From positions 41,506 to 105,505 of IMG/VR virus record IMGVR_UViG_3300032270_000796: a stretch of DNA of 64,000 nucleotides. The stretch is one strand, 5' to 3'. A model generated the notes under the pieces. It was not told the DNA's origin and did not search any database. It saw only the letters and a program-made list of their open reading frames with translations. How positions within the stretch are numbered: position 1 is the first letter of the stretch; every line of letters starts with the position of its first letter. Shown here one piece after another: positions 19,276-29,254 of the stretch. Position numbers and translations under genes: made by a program. Source of the DNA: a virus. Its lineage: Duplodnaviria > Caudoviricetes.

Positions 19276-20823
19276 TTATGCATAGCATGTAGCTCTTGTT
19301 CCGTCTGAGTTATAACGAGCATCGCAAGAACCTTCAGTATAGCATGTTGAATAGTTTGTACTTGCTGAGTTTGTTACGTCATATGACTTACATGCATATT
19401 TTCCAGTAGCTGTCTTAGTAACATTTGGGCAATTAGCATTTGTTGTTGTTCCGCTAAGGGATCCTGCTCTTGCAGATCCTCCTGGGCAGGACTCTGGGGC
19501 AAAGTGATAGCTCATTGTAGGTGTAGTGTAATAATTACATACACATGCAACATAAGTACATGCCCGTGACTGATAGAATGGTCCATATTCAGTTCTAGTT
19601 TCTGTAGTACAATCTGCATTTACCCAAGTTCTTGTTCTATTTGCAGCAGTTCCACCTTCAATGCTATTTGATCCACATGTCCCTGACCAGGTTATGTTGT
19701 TATATGTATAGTCAGATCCAGCCTGCCATCCTGCTGTACATGTTGGTGTACATGCTCGTGATGTAGCATAGCTTCCGTATTCTATTAAATTATCTTGTGT
19801 ACAATCTGCATACTGCCAAAGTCTATATCTCCAGCTATAGGTTCCAGCCTCAACACTATTTACACAGCTTCCACTCCATGTAGCTCCGCCATATGTCCAA
19901 TTAGCATCTACCCATCCTGCTGTACATCCTATTGTTATTGTTCCTGTTGCAGTTGCGGCAGATTTATTTGACACTGTAAGTGTTCTTTGTATTCCATAGC
20001 CTTGATATAAGGCAGATCTTGGATATACGCTAAAGTAGTTTCCTTCATTTCCATCTGCAATTGACCAAGTATAGCTAAGCTGTGAAGAAGGAACATTAAC
20101 TGTGTCTTGTACGTTATTTCCATATTTTACAATATCATATGACGCTGCTCCTGGTGCTGCAGTCCATGAAATTAAAGCCTTCTTATTTGTGTTTATTGGT
20201 GTAACTGAAACTGTTGTTGATCCAGCAGATCCTGATCCGCTAAATGTTAGGCCAGATGGTGTAACTGAACCGTTATTAGTAGTTACGCTATATGTAGTTG
20301 CATTTGTAGATGCAGTAAAGCTTCCACTGTAAGAAGTTCCGCTCTTTGAAATTGTTACAGATGTTGCTGATGGTGTCTCGGTAGCATCTGAGACTGTGAC
20401 AGAAGAAACGGTAGGAAGAATAATTGTTCCAGAGTTTTGGCTTGCAGTTGTATTGCCTCTTAAATTTGTTGCAACAACAGTTACGCCAATTGTTGAATCT
20501 ATGTCGGCAATTACTGTTGTATATGTTGCGGAGGTGGCGCCAGAAATATTTGTATTCCCACGCTTCCATTGATATGTATACGAAACTGGGGCATTTGCTG
20601 GATCCATATTCCAGTTTCCCTGCACAGCCCAAACTGTTCCTACGGTTGGATATGTTGTGCCTGAATATGTGAGGGTAAGTCCTGAAGTTGATGGTAGGTT
20701 TGGATATGAGATTTGCCAACCGTTATTATAGACATAAGCTTTTTTTGCTGGCTCAAATCCTGAGCCTGTGTGTATTCTTAAGGCTTTTGCTTCTTTCCAG
20801 GCTGAACCATCATTTATTTTCAT
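19276..20823 (-). CDS. Ig/FN3-like virion protein with Cys-rich C-terminal repeats
   Basis: YTYQWKRG...ISGATSATY Ig-like motif; CTAGW...TWSG.C...ADCT repeated twice. Confidence 0.65.
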   Translation of the reverse strand: MKINDGSAWKEAKALRIHTGSGFEPAKKAYVYNNGWQISYPNLPSTSGLTLTYSGTTYPTVGTVWAVQGNWNMDPANAPVSYTYQWKRGNTNISGATSATYTTVIADIDSTIGVTVVATNLRGNTTASQNSGTIILPTVSSVTVSDATETPSATSVTISKSGTSYSGSFTASTNATTYSVTTNNGSVTPSGLTFSGSGSAGSTTVSVTPINTNKKALISWTAAPGAASYDIVKYGNNVQDTVNVPSSQLSYTWSIADGNEGNYFSVYPRSALYQGYGIQRTLTVSNKSAATATGTITIGCTAGWVDANWTYGGATWSGSCVNSVEAGTYSWRYRLWQYADCTQDNLIEYGSYATSRACTPTCTAGWQAGSDYTYNNITWSGTCGSNSIEGGTAANRTRTWVNADCTTETRTEYGPFYQSRACTYVACVCNYYTTPTMSYHFAPESCPGGSARAGSLSGTTTNANCPNVTKTATGKYACKSYDVTNSASTNYSTCYTEGSCDARYNSDGTRATCYA

Positions 20824-20830
20824 TTATATC

Positions 20831-22975
20831 CTAGTATTGTATATAAATATCTCCAGCAACCATACCAGTAGTAGGTAGTGTGCCAGTATTATTATAGAAT
20901 GTTTTTGCACCAGCAGCAATTGTTGCAGTTCCACCAAGTGAAACTGATGTACCATTAATTGTTATACTTGAATTAGCTAGCATTGTATTGGAAATAGTTG
21001 CGGTATCTGCTAAAGTTACTGCTGTACCAGAAATTTTTGTTTTTGATATAGCGGCTGATGCTGATATATCATTGTCAACAATTGTTCCGTCTGCTAACAT
21101 TGACGATGTTATGGTGCCAGATGGTGCAGAAAATGTTCCAGTAAATGAGGCATTGTTGATTGGTGCATATGCAGTTAAATTAAGATCTGCCCATGAGGCT
21201 ACTGTTCCATTTGTTGTTAAATATTTGCCAGTATTATTTAATTGTGTTGGAAGTGCTGTTATTCCAGTTACTGTTGCACCAGAAAAATCTACTGTTCCAG
21301 TAAATACTGGTGAGGCTTTTGTTGCATAAGTTGATGCTGCGACTGATGTAGCCAATTTAGCATCTAATGCTGTTTGGGTTGCAGTAGATATAGGCTTTAA
21401 TAGATCTGTTGTATTGTCAACATTTCCTAAGCCAACCATTGTCTTTGTTATGCCACCCACTGTACCAGTGAATGTAGGGGAAGCAATTGGAGCATATGTG
21501 GATGCTGCATCTGTTGAAGAAAGCTTAGTCCCTACTAATGTTGTTAATGCTGTTCCTGCTGTTTGGTCTGAGGCAATATAGTCTGAAATTTCCTTAAGTG
21601 TATCAAATGAAGCTGGTGCTGCGTTTACAACATTTGCTATAGCTGATGTTATATCTGATGTTCTTGCAATTGTAGTAGGAATTACGGAGTCTAGAATTTT
21701 ACCGCTTGACACTCCAAGTCTTGCATATCCTCCTGCTAAATCTGCATCTGCTTCGGCAACATAACCGTTTAAAGTGTTGCCCAAGCCTGTAGATGTTAAA
21801 TAATTAGCATTTGCATATGTTAATAAGTCGTCTGTTGCTTGATTTAAATTAACATAGACATCTGTAAATCTTTGGTTTGTTGCTGCTATTGCTCGTGCAT
21901 CTGTAAAGTAAAGATTTGTTGTGCCTTCTGCTACTGCGTCTGTGTTTCCAGAAAAAGTTGATCCTCCGCTTGAGCCATCTGCTCCACGAGGAATAGTAAA
22001 GTTTAGAACAGCCGCTGAAGTTGTTCCAGCATTTGTAACAACTGCTGACGAACCAGCAGCTCCTGTTGTAACTGTTCCAATAGATATTGTTGCTGCAGAA
22101 CCAGCAGCTCCTGCTGCTCCAGTTGCTCCAGTTGCGCCTGTTAATCCAGTTGAGCCCTGTGGTCCTGTGTCTCCTGTGTCGCCTTTTAAGCCCTGTGGTC
22201 CAGTGTTTCCAGTTGCGCCTGTTGCGCCACGTGGAATAGTAAAATTAAATACTGCTGCAGTTGGGGTTCCAGAATTTACAATTGAAACAGAAGAGCCTGC
22301 GTCACCAGTTAATACAGACCCTAATGTTATTGTTGAAGATCCTCCACCTGAAGATAGACCTGATACTGCTGTAGAAATTGCATTATTTCTATTTGTGACC
22401 TCTGTGGCAATTTTTGCATCAGTATATGAATTTACAGATACTGTATTTGACTGTATAGCTGTATTAAGTTCTGCTTTGGCTGCGATAACTTTTGCAGAAG
22501 CATCGTCTGCTGCTGCTGTAATTGCTTGGGTCTTTGCAGTTGCAATAGCTGCTGTTGTAGCTGTTGCCTGTGTTGCAATTGCACTATTTCTATTTATTAT
22601 TTCTGTTGCAAGAGCTGCTGATATGGCAGAAGCAGCGGCGTCGATTGCTCTTTGATTTGTAAAATATTTATTGGTTGATCCCTCTGCAATTGAATTTGTT
22701 GTCAATGCAGCAATAGCTCCATTTAAATCAACTGAAGCAGAAATAGAGTCTGGAAGCTGTGATGTTGGAATTTTACCAATAGAGTTAAGTGTAGCTACTC
22801 CATTTGCTTCGCCTAATTTTAATGCATATGAGGTTGTGGAATTCCATCTAGAGCCGTTACCAACTTTAAACTTTAATGTGTCTGTTTCAAAGCCTAGTTC
22901 ACCAGAAAGCAATATTGGATTATTTGCTACCCAATTTGCTGCTGTGTCTCTTCTTAATTGTATTCTTAATGCCAT
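20831..22975 (-). CDS. Tail fibre protein (Mtd-like N-terminus, collagen-like segment)
   Basis: RIQLRRDTAANW..NNPILLSGELGFETDT; GATGATGNTGPQGLKGDTG; start moved to MALRIQ. Confidence 0.8.
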   Translation of the reverse strand: MALRIQLRRDTAANWVANNPILLSGELGFETDTLKFKVGNGSRWNSTTSYALKLGEANGVATLNSIGKIPTSQLPDSISASVDLNGAIAALTTNSIAEGSTNKYFTNQRAIDAAASAISAALATEIINRNSAIATQATATTAAIATAKTQAITAAADDASAKVIAAKAELNTAIQSNTVSVNSYTDAKIATEVTNRNNAISTAVSGLSSGGGSSTITLGSVLTGDAGSSVSIVNSGTPTAAVFNFTIPRGATGATGNTGPQGLKGDTGDTGPQGSTGLTGATGATGAAGAAGSAATISIGTVTTGAAGSSAVVTNAGTTSAAVLNFTIPRGADGSSGGSTFSGNTDAVAEGTTNLYFTDARAIAATNQRFTDVYVNLNQATDDLLTYANANYLTSTGLGNTLNGYVAEADADLAGGYARLGVSSGKILDSVIPTTIARTSDITSAIANVVNAAPASFDTLKEISDYIASDQTAGTALTTLVGTKLSSTDAASTYAPIASPTFTGTVGGITKTMVGLGNVDNTTDLLKPISTATQTALDAKLATSVAASTYATKASPVFTGTVDFSGATVTGITALPTQLNNTGKYLTTNGTVASWADLNLTAYAPINNASFTGTFSAPSGTITSSMLADGTIVDNDISASAAISKTKISGTAVTLADTATISNTMLANSSITINGTSVSLGGTATIAAGAKTFYNNTGTLPTTGMVAGDIYIQY

Positions 22976-22976
22976 T

Positions 22977-23435
22977 TTATGAACCCCCTGCATCAACAAT
23001 TATACCATCGATGTCTGCAGAGTTACCTCCCTCTAGAATTTGATCTTCTGCTTGCTGTATTTGTCCTTCAACGTTTCCGCCATCAAGTAATGTTTGGTCT
23101 GTTATAGATCCGCCATCATTTAGAGATGAAGCATTTTGACCATCATATCCAACTATGATAGGCAGGGTGACTCCTGGTGTGTCTTGAACGTTTGTTTCTT
23201 TAAATGTAATCTTGTTTTGTACATCAATTGTATGTACATCTCCATCAAATGTATGGGTGTGCATATAGAATGGAGTTGGATCCGTGCTAGGTGGGGTCAA
23301 TTCAACCCAAAGCAGTCCATTATATATTCTTAAGTTCTTCGTTACCGTATTAAAATAGATATCTCCAACTGTGGCTACGTCTGGATTCTCCATTGAGGTA
23401 AGAAGATTAAGGGCAACCTTCATCTGTCTGGACAT
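22977..23435 (-). CDS. Virion structural protein (hypothetical)
   Basis: GDIYFNT...LRIYNG..W motif; tail context. Confidence 0.65.
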   Translation of the reverse strand: MSRQMKVALNLLTSMENPDVATVGDIYFNTVTKNLRIYNGLLWVELTPPSTDPTPFYMHTHTFDGDVHTIDVQNKITFKETNVQDTPGVTLPIIVGYDGQNASSLNDGGSITDQTLLDGGNVEGQIQQAEDQILEGGNSADIDGIIVDAGGS

Positions 23436-23439
23436 ACTG

Positions 23440-24411
23440 TTATCCTACAACTACTACTTTATATTCTCCAGCGGTTGGCGCTATTGCAAAATCTACTGTC
23501 ACAACATTTGAGCTTGTTCTTTTTACATCTGCCTCAACTTGTGCAAATGGAGAAGCTGCTTCAAAAATTTGAACAGTTACATCAGTTGTGCCTAAGTTGT
23601 GAGTAATTGTATAAGATGTTGCAGATGCACCAAGTGTTTCTGCATACTTTCTAGCAATTGCATGATACGCTGTACCATTGTTTGTCAATGTCCATGTATC
23701 AGATGTCTCATTCCATAGTATTTCTACATCTGTTTCTAATCCACGCTCAACTGTAACTCCAGCATCTGTGGTTGGGGTTCCAGCAAAATTACTATTAAGC
23801 TTTACCTTATTATCTTCAATGTTAATCTGTGTTGTATTTACAGAGTTAACTGTTCCAATTACATTTAGGTTTCCGCCAACTTGCAAGTTACCAGTAATTT
23901 CTACATTGTCTGGTAGGCCAATTGTTACAGCCGCATTATGTCCGCTATTTGGTGAAACTGTAACTTCATTTGCTGTTCCAACAATTGTTGCTACATAGTC
24001 ACCAGTTGTTTGTGAGTCTAGTGGTATAACTAAATTAGCTTCGCTTGCTGATGTTATTCTACCTTGCTGATCTACTGTAAATGTTGGAACTTTTGTAATA
24101 GATCCATATGTTCCTACTGCTACTGCGGTATCATTTAATTTTATTGTGTGTGTTCCTGCTGCATCGCTATATGTTGCAGTTAAACCTGTTCCGCCAACAA
24201 CTGTCGAGCCAATTAAATCTTGAATAACTTCTGTTGAACCAGAGGTTGGTGTCCACTCTGTTCCATTGTAGAAGTACAGTACATGTGTGCCTGTATCAAA
24301 GTAAATCTGACCTGCAACTGGTGATGAAGGGGCTGACCCTAAATTCTGAATTCTAGCATTGAGTAACTCATTCTTGTTAAGATCAATGCTAACTAAAAAC
24401 TTTTTTGCCAT
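23440..24411 (-). CDS. Virion structural protein (hypothetical)
   Basis: GQIYFDT, TVDQQGRIT, ITHNLGT motifs typical of tail accessory proteins. Confidence 0.7.
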   Translation of the reverse strand: MAKKFLVSIDLNKNELLNARIQNLGSAPSSPVAGQIYFDTGTHVLYFYNGTEWTPTSGSTEVIQDLIGSTVVGGTGLTATYSDAAGTHTIKLNDTAVAVGTYGSITKVPTFTVDQQGRITSASEANLVIPLDSQTTGDYVATIVGTANEVTVSPNSGHNAAVTIGLPDNVEITGNLQVGGNLNVIGTVNSVNTTQINIEDNKVKLNSNFAGTPTTDAGVTVERGLETDVEILWNETSDTWTLTNNGTAYHAIARKYAETLGASATSYTITHNLGTTDVTVQIFEAASPFAQVEADVKRTSSNVVTVDFAIAPTAGEYKVVVVG

Positions 24412-24423
24412 TTTTTTTCTCCC

Positions 24424-24858
24424 TTATGACAGATATGCTGTCCCTGAGAACGGTTGCGCCATTGTCAGTGTTATTTGATTAATACTATTATAGTCTATTC
24501 CAGTTTCTAGGATGTCCCCAGCGCTAGATTTGACGGTTACGTTTGGGTGGAACCCAAGGTTGTGATTTATCTGAACTGAATAGACTCCAGAGATTGGCCC
24601 AGTTATTTGTGCCATTTCCCATGGATATGTCAATGAAATTTGTTTATCCAAGATAAAGCTATTGTTTATATTCCAAGTATTTGTTGAAGCCTTTGGGCCC
24701 CAAAACCTTGTTGTGTTTGTATCAAAATAAAAGTCTCCTGGGACTCCAAGGGTGGCATCTGGGTTTCCGCCCCCACTTATTATTGTTCTTCCAGGCGCTC
24801 CAGTAGACCTAACTACTACAAGTGGGTTATTTTCTGTAACTATTAATTTTGTTGCCAT
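24424..24858 (-). CDS. Virion structural protein (hypothetical)
   Basis: GDFYFDT, INHNLGFHPNVTV, FSGTAYLS. Confidence 0.7.
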   Translation of the reverse strand: MATKLIVTENNPLVVVRSTGAPGRTIISGGGNPDATLGVPGDFYFDTNTTRFWGPKASTNTWNINNSFILDKQISLTYPWEMAQITGPISGVYSVQINHNLGFHPNVTVKSSAGDILETGIDYNSINQITLTMAQPFSGTAYLS

Positions 24859-25202
24859 TACACTGTTACCGATCTATTCAATGTCATATATCCTTCTAGG
24901 AGCCTAGTCTTGTTTACGCTTGGATCAACTAATACTAGGTCGTATGCGGATTTTGGGAAAAACATTTTGTTTGTTCTATCTGGAGATATAGAAATTTGTA
25001 TTTTTCCTTCTACTGGACTTATTGTTAAGCCATCTTGTTCTGTTAAAGTAAACGCTAGCTTTTTACCGCCTTGAGTATCTCTAACTTGAAGTTTTGCTGT
25101 GTGATTATGAAGTTGAATAGGTGTCTGATCTTCGTCTAGGTACTGGACCTCAAACGTAAACGTTGTATTTTGATCAACTTCAAAATTCTTTTGCGCTGCC
25201 AC
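24858..25202 (-). CDS. Tail/baseplate adaptor-like protein
   Basis: AKLQVRD...G.IQISI...AYDLVL...RLLEG.....SVT. Confidence 0.6.
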   Translation of the reverse strand: MAAQKNFEVDQNTTFTFEVQYLDEDQTPIQLHNHTAKLQVRDTQGGKKLAFTLTEQDGLTISPVEGKIQISISPDRTNKMFFPKSAYDLVLVDPSVNKTRLLEGYMTLNRSVTV

Positions 25203-25221
25203 ATTTACCCCTAAATTAGAA

Positions 25222-25254
25222 AAGCCCTTATGCCAATTTTAGCATAAGGGCGTT
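25222..25254 (-). terminator. Intrinsic terminator-like hairpin
   Basis: gcccttatgc...gcataagggc stem, followed by Ts on the minus strand. Confidence 0.6.
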
Positions 25255-25270
25255 CCTAATCAACTATAAC

Positions 25271-25510
25271 TTAGGCTTTATTGGTAAATCCAAAATTCTT
25301 ATCATTTGGATTTAATGCCTTTAAAATTACGGGTGCTACTGCTGCCACTCCGCCAAGCAATAAATCTCTAGGATTTGTATTGCCTGTCATGTATAAAGCT
25401 AGCGCTGCTGAAAGAAATGCTCTTCCGTAGCTAGCCAATGCTGCTAGGATCTGTTCTTGCATAGTTACTTTCCCATCTTTATTTAAATCTGCTTTTGCAA
25501 ATTTAGCCAT
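25271..25510 (-). CDS. Small membrane protein, holin-like
   Basis: Two hydrophobic segments; DLNKDGKV EF-hand-like N-terminus; LNPND..FG tail. Confidence 0.5.
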   Translation of the reverse strand: MAKFAKADLNKDGKVTMQEQILAALASYGRAFLSAALALYMTGNTNPRDLLLGGVAAVAPVILKALNPNDKNFGFTNKA

Positions 25511-25579
25511 TTTATTATCTCCTTGTGGGCAATTTGCCCTTGGAATTTTCGGCTGTGGCCGAATACTATAATTCTACCA

Positions 25580-27514
25580 CTATGCTGAAATATCTACAAG
25601 TTCGCAATTGCCGTCAGAGCTACAGGCAAGGGTGGCAGAGGGTGATGTTCCATCTTCTGTTTCATAGAAAGACAAATCTTCCCAACGAATATTTTTTGGC
25701 ATTTTTTCAACAAGAGCATCATACTCTTCTTTAGAAACTTCCTGGTATGGCGCTTGCTTGTATGTATGCTCTGAATGGGGGAGGAAAGAAATTCCAGAAA
25801 CTTCATCAAAATTCTTATAAACCCAGGCCCCTACCTCCATCCACTCATCTTCTTTTACGGAAACAGTAATTGATGGCTTATGTTCACACCAAGCACGTTG
25901 GTACACTAACCAAATGTTTAGATGATCAATTGCTGTAAGATCATTTCTTACAATTGCTCCTTCTGGTGCTTTTACTGGAAATGAGAATACGTATGTATCG
26001 TTTGGCTTCATTACGTCGTCTTCTACTGGGATTCCGACTTCCTTCAAGAAAGTTGAAATTGGATCTCCTTTTGACCCACGAACCGTACGAATGTAATATG
26101 GCGAATGCCATGGATGCATTCCAGAAGAAACTCCAACTAATTGAGAAACTGTTCCCGAAGGCTTTACGCATGTAATGGCCGCTGATTCTGGAATACCTAT
26201 TTTAGAAGACTCTTCTCTATTTACTTCTCTTGCCTTTTCACGCAAAGTCATAAGAAATGCCTCAAGTGAAATTAGGTCTTCTTTGCCAGACATAAACTTA
26301 TGTCCAAATTGCCCAGTTAAAGAAACTCCAAGTAGTCGCTCTTCTTCTGTGTTGTCTTTCCAAATTTTTCGTAAATACTTAAAATCAGTTATAGTTGACT
26401 GCCACGTACCAAGAATTGTTGCAAGCTCAACTTTACGCTGGATATCTTTCTTTGTATCATTTTCACGTAATACGACTTCTGAAAGGTTACAAAACTGGTA
26501 AGGACGTAAGATAATTTCTGAGCATGGGTTAGTTCCGTAGTGTATATCTGGATCTCTTCTTCCAAACTTTGCTGCTTGGGCCTGAGCTGCGGCCACATTA
26601 TATATACCTCGCTCTCCCGACTTAGAGTCATATAAAGATTTCCATTCTGCTATAAATTGTTCCATCTCTGGCTTGCGAGAATATGCAACAGAGTTATTTG
26701 ATAGTGCACGTTGTGGGCTTTGCTCCCACCAATTTCCAGATTTTGCTTGAGCCATTTCAATATCGTTAATGTTTGAAAGAGAAATCATTGCTGATCTGCG
26801 AACTCCACCTACTACAACAACTTCACCAATCTTGCACATAATGTCATGACACTCGATTGGCTTAAGGCTTCTTCCTGTGGCATTTTTAAACTTTGCAACT
26901 GTAAAATCAAATAGATTTACAAGTGGTTGTGGTCCTGAAGACCTTCCACCCATTGTCTTAAGTCTTGCGCCTGCAGGTCTAACTTTTGAAACATCAATTG
27001 CTGGAATATGTCCAGTCCAAAGCAATGCAAGCAGTTCACGATATGCTTTTGCCCAGCCTTGTTTAGAATCTTCTACAACAATTACAGTATCTGACTTTTC
27101 TAGTTTTTCTGGTACTGGCGGTAGCTTATTAATATACTTATATTCTACCGAAAACCCTACGCCTGTTCCACACATCAGAACATACATTGTTTCATCAAAT
27201 GATCGTGGTGAGTCAACTGGAAGAAAAGCACAATTGTACCCAGCAACATTATCTCTTTCAAGTGCCGCTCCAGAAGTCATTACAGCTCTCATGGATGGCA
27301 TAACATTTCGTTGAAATACAAACTCTTTTAATTCCGCAACTAGCTTTTCATTTGGAATATAATTATGGTTTGTCTTTAAATGGTTAGTCATAAATGAAAA
27401 ATATCTGTCTACTGTCTCTCCCCATGTTTCTCTACGACCTTCTGCTTCTACCCATTTTGCATATCTAGATAAAGCAATAAAGTTTTCATAAGGATTTTCA
27501 ATAGTTTGTGACAT
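25580..27514 (-). CDS. nrdJ: Class II (adenosylcobalamin-dependent) ribonucleotide reductase
   Basis: YNCAF, GTGVGFS, GGVRRSA, GTNPCSEI, TCVKPSGT, C-terminal Cys pair; no beta subunit nearby. Confidence 0.9.
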   Translation of the reverse strand: MSQTIENPYENFIALSRYAKWVEAEGRRETWGETVDRYFSFMTNHLKTNHNYIPNEKLVAELKEFVFQRNVMPSMRAVMTSGAALERDNVAGYNCAFLPVDSPRSFDETMYVLMCGTGVGFSVEYKYINKLPPVPEKLEKSDTVIVVEDSKQGWAKAYRELLALLWTGHIPAIDVSKVRPAGARLKTMGGRSSGPQPLVNLFDFTVAKFKNATGRSLKPIECHDIMCKIGEVVVVGGVRRSAMISLSNINDIEMAQAKSGNWWEQSPQRALSNNSVAYSRKPEMEQFIAEWKSLYDSKSGERGIYNVAAAQAQAAKFGRRDPDIHYGTNPCSEIILRPYQFCNLSEVVLRENDTKKDIQRKVELATILGTWQSTITDFKYLRKIWKDNTEEERLLGVSLTGQFGHKFMSGKEDLISLEAFLMTLREKAREVNREESSKIGIPESAAITCVKPSGTVSQLVGVSSGMHPWHSPYYIRTVRGSKGDPISTFLKEVGIPVEDDVMKPNDTYVFSFPVKAPEGAIVRNDLTAIDHLNIWLVYQRAWCEHKPSITVSVKEDEWMEVGAWVYKNFDEVSGISFLPHSEHTYKQAPYQEVSKEEYDALVEKMPKNIRWEDLSFYETEDGTSPSATLACSSDGNCELVDISA

Positions 27515-27710
27515 TTATTATACGACCTTTTCTCCGCCTTGCGGTGCTAATTTTGAATGAAGTCCTAGTGTATCAAACTTTTATTTAATGGTCTAGGGGC
27601 AAAAAATACTTTTATAAGTATCAGTATGTGAGATATAGTTTCAGTTAACTAACTTGACAGTTACTTATATTCAATGCTATTCTTAGAGTTCGTTATCTCT
27701 ATAGGAGGAA

Positions 27711-28259
27711 ATGCCAATGGAGAATATAAAACAACAGTTTAGCGATTTGGTTCGTGACTGGACAATAATAGCAGTGACAACACTGTTTTTGTTTTCTGGA
27801 AGCCCAGCAAATGCTTTGACTGTAAAACCTTTAGTGAAAACTGAAGCCCAATTAAAGCAAGAAGTCTTAGATAGTTTTAGTAAAGAGATTTACAAGCCAT
27901 CTGAGATGCTTACAGACGAAGAGTTAGTAACATTACTTAAGGCTGTAGGATTCGAAGGACTAGGCCTTAAGAAAGCATGGTCAATAGCAAAGCGTGAATC
28001 TAATGGAAGACCGCTTGCATATAACGGGAATAAGAATACAGGAGACAGTTCTTACGGATTGTTTCAGATAAACATGATTGGAAATCTTGGTCCTACAAGA
28101 CTTGAGAAATTTGATCTACAGAGTAACAAGGAGTTATTCGACCCAGTAACAAACGCAGAGATAACGTACTACATGACCAATGGCGGAAATGATTGGTCGG
28201 CTTGGAAGGGTATGACCCCAAAAGCTAAGGAATTTTATTTAAAATTTCCGACAAAGTAA
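27711..28259 (+). CDS. Secreted lytic transglycosylase (SLT/lysozyme-like)
   Basis: Signal/TM segment; IAKRESNG...SYGLFQIN...N..I.Y......WSAW. Confidence 0.8.
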   Translation: MPMENIKQQFSDLVRDWTIIAVTTLFLFSGSPANALTVKPLVKTEAQLKQEVLDSFSKEIYKPSEMLTDEELVTLLKAVGFEGLGLKKAWSIAKRESNGRPLAYNGNKNTGDSSYGLFQINMIGNLGPTRLEKFDLQSNKELFDPVTNAEITYYMTNGGNDWSAWKGMTPKAKEFYLKFPTK

Positions 28260-28269
28260 AGGAGATGGG

Positions 28270-28485
28270 ATGAGGGTACAGTATGTATCAACCTACATCT
28301 CCATGTCAGAAGAAGGATTGGTTGAAAAGCTTTTATGCCCAGTAGACCAGTCCCTTCTTTTTTCAAATCAAAACCTTTTAGATGAGGTATACTTATATTG
28401 CCTAGAGTGTGACTATAAAAAAGCACTTGGCTCAGCTAGCTATCAAAAAATAGTCGATGAGGTAAATAAACATAAAAATGTGTGA
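28270..28485 (+). CDS. Hypothetical protein, possible Zn-ribbon
   Basis: CPVD...CLEC; RBS GGAG. Confidence 0.65.
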   Translation: MRVQYVSTYISMSEEGLVEKLLCPVDQSLLFSNQNLLDEVYLYCLECDYKKALGSASYQKIVDEVNKHKNV

Positions 28486-28568
28486 AGATAATTGTACTTG
28501 TAATTTAGAAAACGAATCGGCCCCAATGCGGGTAACCGATGCAATGGGTAGAGAGGCTTTTTGGTTAG

Positions 28569-28781
28569 ATGCAGGAAGACCTGAATGAAATAAATACCTC
28601 TGATTTAGAGGACAACCTTCCTATGGTAAATTATATAATGCTACATAGGATATACGATTTGCTAACTCTGATGTCCAATAAAATTGTTGGTGGAGAAGAC
28701 ACGCAAAAAATGGTAGAATATCATAATAAGGGCTATCTACTAGGACCAGCCCCATCATTTAGACCAAACGAGGAAGAATAA
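28569..28781 (+). CDS. Hypothetical protein
   Basis: ORF in a plus-strand operon. Confidence 0.6.
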   Translation: MQEDLNEINTSDLEDNLPMVNYIMLHRIYDLLTLMSNKIVGGEDTQKMVEYHNKGYLLGPAPSFRPNEEE

Positions 28782-28782
28782 A

Positions 28783-28971
28783 ATGGAAAAAGAAAAAGTA
28801 GTACTTTTAATGCTTGAAAAATTAAATAACGATACAAGATTTGCTGGTGTGTCCAGTGGTGCAGATATTGCAGATGTTGAACAGCAGATTATTAAGAATC
28901 AGCCATTTTTGCAATGGCAGATGAACAACATGTATGACACACTTGTTGAAAAAGGCGTAATTATTCCTTGA
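28783..28971 (+). CDS. Hypothetical protein
   Basis: ORF with RBS GAGGA. Confidence 0.6.
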   Translation: MEKEKVVLLMLEKLNNDTRFAGVSSGADIADVEQQIIKNQPFLQWQMNNMYDTLVEKGVIIP

Positions 28972-28996
28972 CATTGAATCTTTATTAACTTATAAT
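28968..28996 (+). promoter_or_regulatory. Consensus primary-sigma promoter
   Basis: TTGACA-N17-TATAAT. Confidence 0.75.
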
Positions 28997-29029
28997 AAAG
29001 TGTTGGTCGAGACTCGTCTCCCAATTGTA

Positions 29030-29068
29030 AAGCCCCCTTTTGGATCCGCCTCCGAAGGGGGTTTTTTA
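29030..29068 (+). terminator. Intrinsic terminator
   Basis: aagccccctt...aagggggtttttt. Confidence 0.7.
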
Positions 29069-29095
29069 CATCTCTGGTGGTATAATAATTATATA

Positions 29096-29254
29096 ATGGC
29101 AAGGGATCACTTTTCACAAGCATCAAGGAATCCTCGATATAAAAGTAGTTTTTATACTAATCAGGAATCTAAAGAATCCCTGTCAGAAAGAAAAATTGAA
29201 CTATTTTTCTCAAAAATAAATTACGCTCTAAAAAGAATAGTTGGTAAAAAATAA
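29096..29254 (+). CDS. Small hypothetical protein
   Basis: ATG shortly after an extended -10 TGGTATAAT; stop overlaps the next start. Confidence 0.5.
   Translation: MARDHFSQASRNPRYKSSFYTNQESKESLSERKIELFFSKINYALKRIVGKK

Noticed and set aside
218-27314. Numerous plus-strand ORFs over the structural and RNR genes (e.g. 767..1402, 12805..13503, 21921..22655)
   Set aside because: Antisense shadows of well-supported minus-strand genes, with no recognisable motifs
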